A stretch of 22,040 nt of DNA from Thermodesulfovibrionales bacterium (lineage in GTDB: Bacteria; Nitrospirota; Thermodesulfovibrionia; Thermodesulfovibrionales; SM23-35): contig CAVQRT010000005.1 in assembly GCA_963715195.1 (NCBI GenBank), forward strand, positions 1-22,040, in the 5' to 3' direction. The notes under the pieces were generated by a model. It saw nothing but the letters and a program-made list of their open reading frames with translations, was not told the origin of the DNA and made no database searches. A program made the translations under genes and the position numbers. This document shows, in pieces, positions 18,160 through 22,040 of the stretch. Positions within the stretch are counted from its first letter, which is position 1; every line of letters begins with the position of its first letter.

Positions 18160-19755
18160 CTATTTCAAGAAATATTTACGAACAAGTTCATTCCATACAA
18201 TCATACCGATCACCAGTAAAGAAATAATATAAATAAACCAATCGCCGTATCTGTTGTAAAAGGACCTTTCCGAAGTCAACGGAATTTGCCCCACCAGGTA
18301 TCCCTCAACATCGACGTCTCTTCCCGCTTCGTCCTTGACCCTGCCCACAATCCGCCCGTTCGGTTCGATAATACATGAGACACCGGTCGAAGCAGTCCTC
18401 GCAATAGCCACATGATTTTCAACAGCCCGAAGAACGCTCATCGCTGTCATTTGATAATGTGCTGCCGGAACACGTGTAAAACCTTCATTCGTCATGTTGA
18501 CCATAAAGTCAACCCCTTTTGAAGACATCTCCCGGAATTGATCAGGAAACATATATTCCCAACAGATGAGGACCCCGAATTTTGTTCCGTTCATGTTGAA
18601 AATGGTTAATTCATTGCCCGGTTCATGGTCCGTAATATCCGAGATAATCCATGAGGGCCACTTTAGATACTCTCGCATAGGCAGGTATTCATCAAAGGGA
18701 AGGAGGCGCATTTTATCATACCTCCCGATGTTTCTCCCCTCAGGTGAGAAAAGAAAGGCAGAATTCGCAACTCTTTTTTTCTTTCTCTTATCCCTGCTGA
18801 ACTTATCAAAGCCGCTCGACCCGATTAGAAGGAAATTGCCTGTTTGTTGCGCCAATTCAGAAAGCATTTTGAATCGTTGCCAGTCGTAGGGAATCCTGCC
18901 GGGTACCGAAGAAGAAGGCCACAGGATAAGGGCTGGCACTGACTCGGCAGCAAGCAGCGTTTGGTCGGAGTATTTTTTGAAAATCCCCTCCCTGTAAGCA
19001 GCATCAAACTTATATTTGTCGGTCCAGTACCGGTCGTCCCAGTAAACATTCCCCTGAACCAGAGCAATTTTCAGGGAAGAAAGAGGTGTAACATCCCGCA
19101 AAGTCAAAGACCCGGAGAGGACAGATGAAGCAAATACGGCCAAAACAGCAATAACAAGCAGAAAAAAAGATCTTCTCAAATTCATTGTACCAGGTACCCC
19201 CTTGGCAATCCTCAAACGAGAAGAAAGAATCGATTCGAAAATTTCTGCTATAACAGTATTCACCGCAACGATCAGAAACGAAACACCGTAAACCCCCGTG
19301 AAAGCGGCAACCTGGATAACAGGAATGACAGAATACTGCGAATATCCCAAAATCCCCCAGGGCCATGATAAAAAACCCACGTGGCTTCGTAAAAACTCAA
19401 GAGCAACCCATACTGATGGAAAGGTAAGGACATTCCACTTTGGATACTTGTTGTGAAAATAGTGCGCTAAATATCCGAACAAGCCAAAGTATAATGCAAC
19501 ACCCACTAATGTAATGCTGAAATGGAGCAGATTGAAAGACTCTATTTTCAGTACCCACCACTGGAGACCGAAATTGAACACGAGACTTGCAGCCATTGAT
19601 GACAGGCATGCCCCGAGAGGGCCTGTTTGCCTGATAACAATAAGAAGGGGCACAAGGGCTATCCAGGCTAAATAGTGCATCTCGAAACCCGGAAAGATCA
19701 ATATGAGAAGAGTTGCAGAGAGGAATACTGAACTTAAAATGAAAAGGACTCTCAC
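18160..19755 (-). CDS. lnt: Apolipoprotein N-acyltransferase-like protein (catalytic Glu replaced by Ser)
   Basis: LAWIALVPLL, WVALEFLRS..WPWGILGYSQ..GVYGVSF, LVQGNV, NSAF, YDK..LLPFDEY, LICWE, LRAVEN..TGVS..G, FYNRYGDW. It has WPS where WPE is expected. Confidence 0.88.
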   Translation of the reverse strand: MRVLFILSSVFLSATLLILIFPGFEMHYLAWIALVPLLIVIRQTGPLGACLSSMAASLVFNFGLQWWVLKIESFNLLHFSITLVGVALYFGLFGYLAHYFHNKYPKWNVLTFPSVWVALEFLRSHVGFLSWPWGILGYSQYSVIPVIQVAAFTGVYGVSFLIVAVNTVIAEIFESILSSRLRIAKGVPGTMNLRRSFFLLVIAVLAVFASSVLSGSLTLRDVTPLSSLKIALVQGNVYWDDRYWTDKYKFDAAYREGIFKKYSDQTLLAAESVPALILWPSSSVPGRIPYDWQRFKMLSELAQQTGNFLLIGSSGFDKFSRDKRKKKRVANSAFLFSPEGRNIGRYDKMRLLPFDEYLPMREYLKWPSWIISDITDHEPGNELTIFNMNGTKFGVLICWEYMFPDQFREMSSKGVDFMVNMTNEGFTRVPAAHYQMTAMSVLRAVENHVAIARTASTGVSCIIEPNGRIVGRVKDEAGRDVDVEGYLVGQIPLTSERSFYNRYGDWFIYIISLLVIGMIVWNELVRKYFLK

Positions 19756-19786
19756 GATATGATCATACTTTATTAATCTGTATCAT

Positions 19787-19816
19787 GTAAAATGCCCCGT
19801 TAACGGGGCATTTTAC
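19787..19816. terminator. Perfect 30-bp palindrome; probable bidirectional intrinsic terminator
   Basis: GTAAAATGCCCCGTT|AACGGGGCATTTTAC lies ~35 bp downstream of the inferred stop of the upstream gene, with TTTT after the stem on both strands. Confidence 0.7.
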
Positions 19817-19851
19817 CATACCATATTCGAATGTAGTCAGACCGAATGTAT

Positions 19852-20342
19852 CTATTTCACAGCAAGCTCAACATCAAATACAGCGTAAAAGTTAGTGTAG
19901 CCACATCTATCTGAGCAAATTGCTTTGCAGATTTCAAGGAAACTGTCAGTGAATCATCCCGCCAAAAAATGCATCGATAATCTGCGATTCCATTGCAGCG
20001 GTAACAGCCAGCTGGTTAACGATAATATCGTTAATAAGAACATCTTCTGCCGTGCCATAGAGAAGTACTGGGTCACCACTACCCTTCTGTAATCTCAACA
20101 CGATTTTTGCATTAGCAGTGCTATTAAGAGGATTACCAGGGTCTCCAGGTATATCGACGTTGTAATATTCTATGCAAATAACCCCGTTCAGTTTTGTCCC
20201 GGCTGCATCGGACTGATATGCCATCCCGTATGGGGGATCACCAGCGTCTGCCTGTTGAGGTGCCCCTGAGCCCGCATATGCCAGTGAGCACGTAAGGGCT
20301 ATTGCCAAAAGGATCATTCCTGTTGTTCTATACCTGTTTCAT
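19852..20342 (-). CDS. Secreted hypothetical protein (frameshifted at both ends; boundaries inferred)
   Basis: Core ORF 19946..20317 has a signal peptide (ILLAIALTCSLAYA). RBS AAGGAG + ATG 20342 is one base out of frame. A plausible tail ..VFDVELAVK* ends at 19852. Confidence 0.6.
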
Positions 20343-20374
20343 TTCCTTACTCCTTTCTTCTTGTATTTTTTCTC

Positions 20375-20404
20375 GATTGAGGGAAGATCTTCTCTCCCTC
20401 AATC
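20375..20404. other. Intergenic stem-loop
   Basis: GATTGAGGGA-N10-TCCCTCAATC, a 10-bp perfect stem with no U tract on the sense (-) strand. Confidence 0.5.
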
Positions 20405-20482
20405 ACTGTCTCTAAATTCTTTACATGAATGATCCTGTAACCACCTCCTCTTTGCTGTATTCATACCCCATCTCTTTCTCTG

Positions 20483-21302
20483 CTACTGCAGCGTCACATC
20501 TGCCCGGTCAGCCGATGTATAACCCGTCCCGATATACCATGTGACCTTTCCGCCCTTGTTTGTGTATTTGATTGATTGATCAAGGATGACCCCTGTGCCG
20601 CTCTTGTAGTGATAGCCTCCGAACCGGCTGTTATAAGACGAGGTCAGCTGCATCAAATGCCCCGCCTCGTGTGCTATCGTGTGATTGATGTATTTGGCAT
20701 AAAGTTCAGGACGCTCAACTCCTGTGCTGTCCTGACACTGGCTTGCGCTGGCGCACACGTCGTCAATGAAATTTATGATCCGCTGTGTGTAGATGGTAGA
20801 GTAGTCTAAACCGTTCGGTGTCCCATAGTTGGCAAAGCCAAGGACGTCCAGATTCGACACATCCAGATTCTCCGAGATCATGATCGCCTTCTGCGGCGAT
20901 GCCGATGCGACCCTCCTGTCAGCATCTACTTGAGCCGGATCAAGACGTGAGCAGCTATTTCAAGACCCCCGTCTGCCGCGGTGTTGGTGATGTATTCGAG
21001 CGGGTTAGCGGTCATGTTGCTTGGCGCCTCTAGAACAAAAACCACAAAGAGGTCCTTCGAATTCGGGTCCAGACGGTCTGGTCTATTCAATCCACTATTG
21101 GCCCCAGGGAAATGACTCATGTCAGAAAATCCCTCACACTCCAGTTGGTCTGAAAATCCGTCTGCATCATAATCATCTGCACCCGCTGTGGCACAGTCAA
21201 CTGCATAGACGGGCAAATGACCCAAAGAACGGCCAATCCTAATGCCAGCAAAACAATCAGAATATGACTTCTTTCTGATCTTATAGTTTGTCTTTTCTTC
21301 AT
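20483..21302 (-). CDS. Secreted protein with a DxDxDG Ca-binding motif and an HExxH zinc-peptidase-like motif (three frameshifted pieces)
   Basis: RBS GGAGG + ATG 21302 and a hydrophobic signal. DYDADGFSDQLE..DPNSKDLFV in 20926..21225, and HTIAHEAGH in 20483..20881. Confidence 0.65.
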
Positions 21303-21428
21303 CTTTATACCTCCTCTGGTATCGTTGACATCAACCGAGAAGCCGCCTACATTTTTTTTCATCCTTTCCCTCCTTTCCTAAATATTTTTGTCGATAACAT
21401 TTCAATTTTCTCATCCTCTTCTCTTCAG

Positions 21429-22040
21429 CTATTTTTTATGAATAATAATCGACCCACCGCCAATAATCGTTGCAGGGTCATCAGTATCATCAGCACCCAT
21501 CTGGTTGTCATACACTATCTGATCAGTATCCTTGTCCCAAATTTTGATCCTGAACTTATCGATTCCCCCGCCTCCATTTCTTTGACCGTCAATCGCCGTC
21601 AGCATAAAGCCATAGTTGCCTGTCCCGTTAATTGTCGCCTCACCTTTGTACTGTGCTCTCGGTCCAGCAACTACAAGCCATTTATAAGAATCTGAATGGA
21701 ATTTCAGATCTGCAACTTCGAACTGGAATTGAGTTTCGCCGGTCGGAACCTTTGCACCTTTTTTATATTTGGATACAAATCCAAACGTTGCTTTGCCTGT
21801 TAAATCTGGCTCGGCCGCGTAAGCTCCTTCAGGAGAATCAATCCATCCTCCGCCGGTCACAAAACCACTACTGGCATCATACGTCACCACGTATTGATAA
21901 GTGGCCTCACCACTTCCTCCCCGGTTATCCTGAACTTTCAGCTTAAGCGTATATACTCCAGGGACACTATATGTATGAGTGCCTCTGGCCACGCCAGTGC
22001 CAGCTCCCTCATTAACTATACCCTCACTGTCAGAACCATC
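21429..22040 (-). CDS. C-terminal part of a PKD-domain surface protein with a conserved C-terminal beta domain (5'-partial)
   Basis: The frame is open to the window edge: DGS..HTYSVPGVYTLKLKVQD (PKD), then GFVTGGGWIDSPEGAY..GKATFGFVSKYKKGA..DKFRIKIWD..VYDNQ..GGGSIIIH. Confidence 0.82.
   Translation of the reverse strand, partial: DGSDSEGIVNEGAGTGVARGTHTYSVPGVYTLKLKVQDNRGGSGEATYQYVVTYDASSGFVTGGGWIDSPEGAYAAEPDLTGKATFGFVSKYKKGAKVPTGETQFQFEVADLKFHSDSYKWLVVAGPRAQYKGEATINGTGNYGFMLTAIDGQRNGGGGIDKFRIKIWDKDTDQIVYDNQMGADDTDDPATIIGGGSIIIHKK

Overview
Bacterial accessory locus. All genes lie on the - strand except one. Read in the direction of transcription (right to left), it encodes: the C-terminus of a PKD-domain surface protein, a secreted HExxH protein, a small secreted protein, an Lnt-like N-acyltransferase lacking its catalytic Glu, a probable outer-membrane beta-barrel, and a cyclic-nucleotide signalling module. 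The module comprises a membrane PDZ-GAF class III adenylate cyclase bracketed by two REP-like palindromes, an MBL-fold cyclic-nucleotide phosphodiesterase, a MalT-like STAND ATPase with a C-terminal SARP/BTAD domain, a PilZ protein and a cNMP-binding Ser/Thr kinase. It ends in a giant (>2200 aa) surface protein. The single + strand gene is a four-helix-bundle (23S rRNA intervening-sequence protein/Avd-like) gene. It sits in a ~760-bp cassette bounded by 33-bp inverted repeats, with a CTGAAG-rich tandem array and an apparently leaderless promoter. A ~60-bp block with an 11-bp-period GGTTACA direct repeat (SARP-box-like) occurs twice, upstream of the PilZ-kinase pair and of the giant gene. Many 1-2-base frameshifts suggest an imperfectly polished assembly rather than true pseudogenes.
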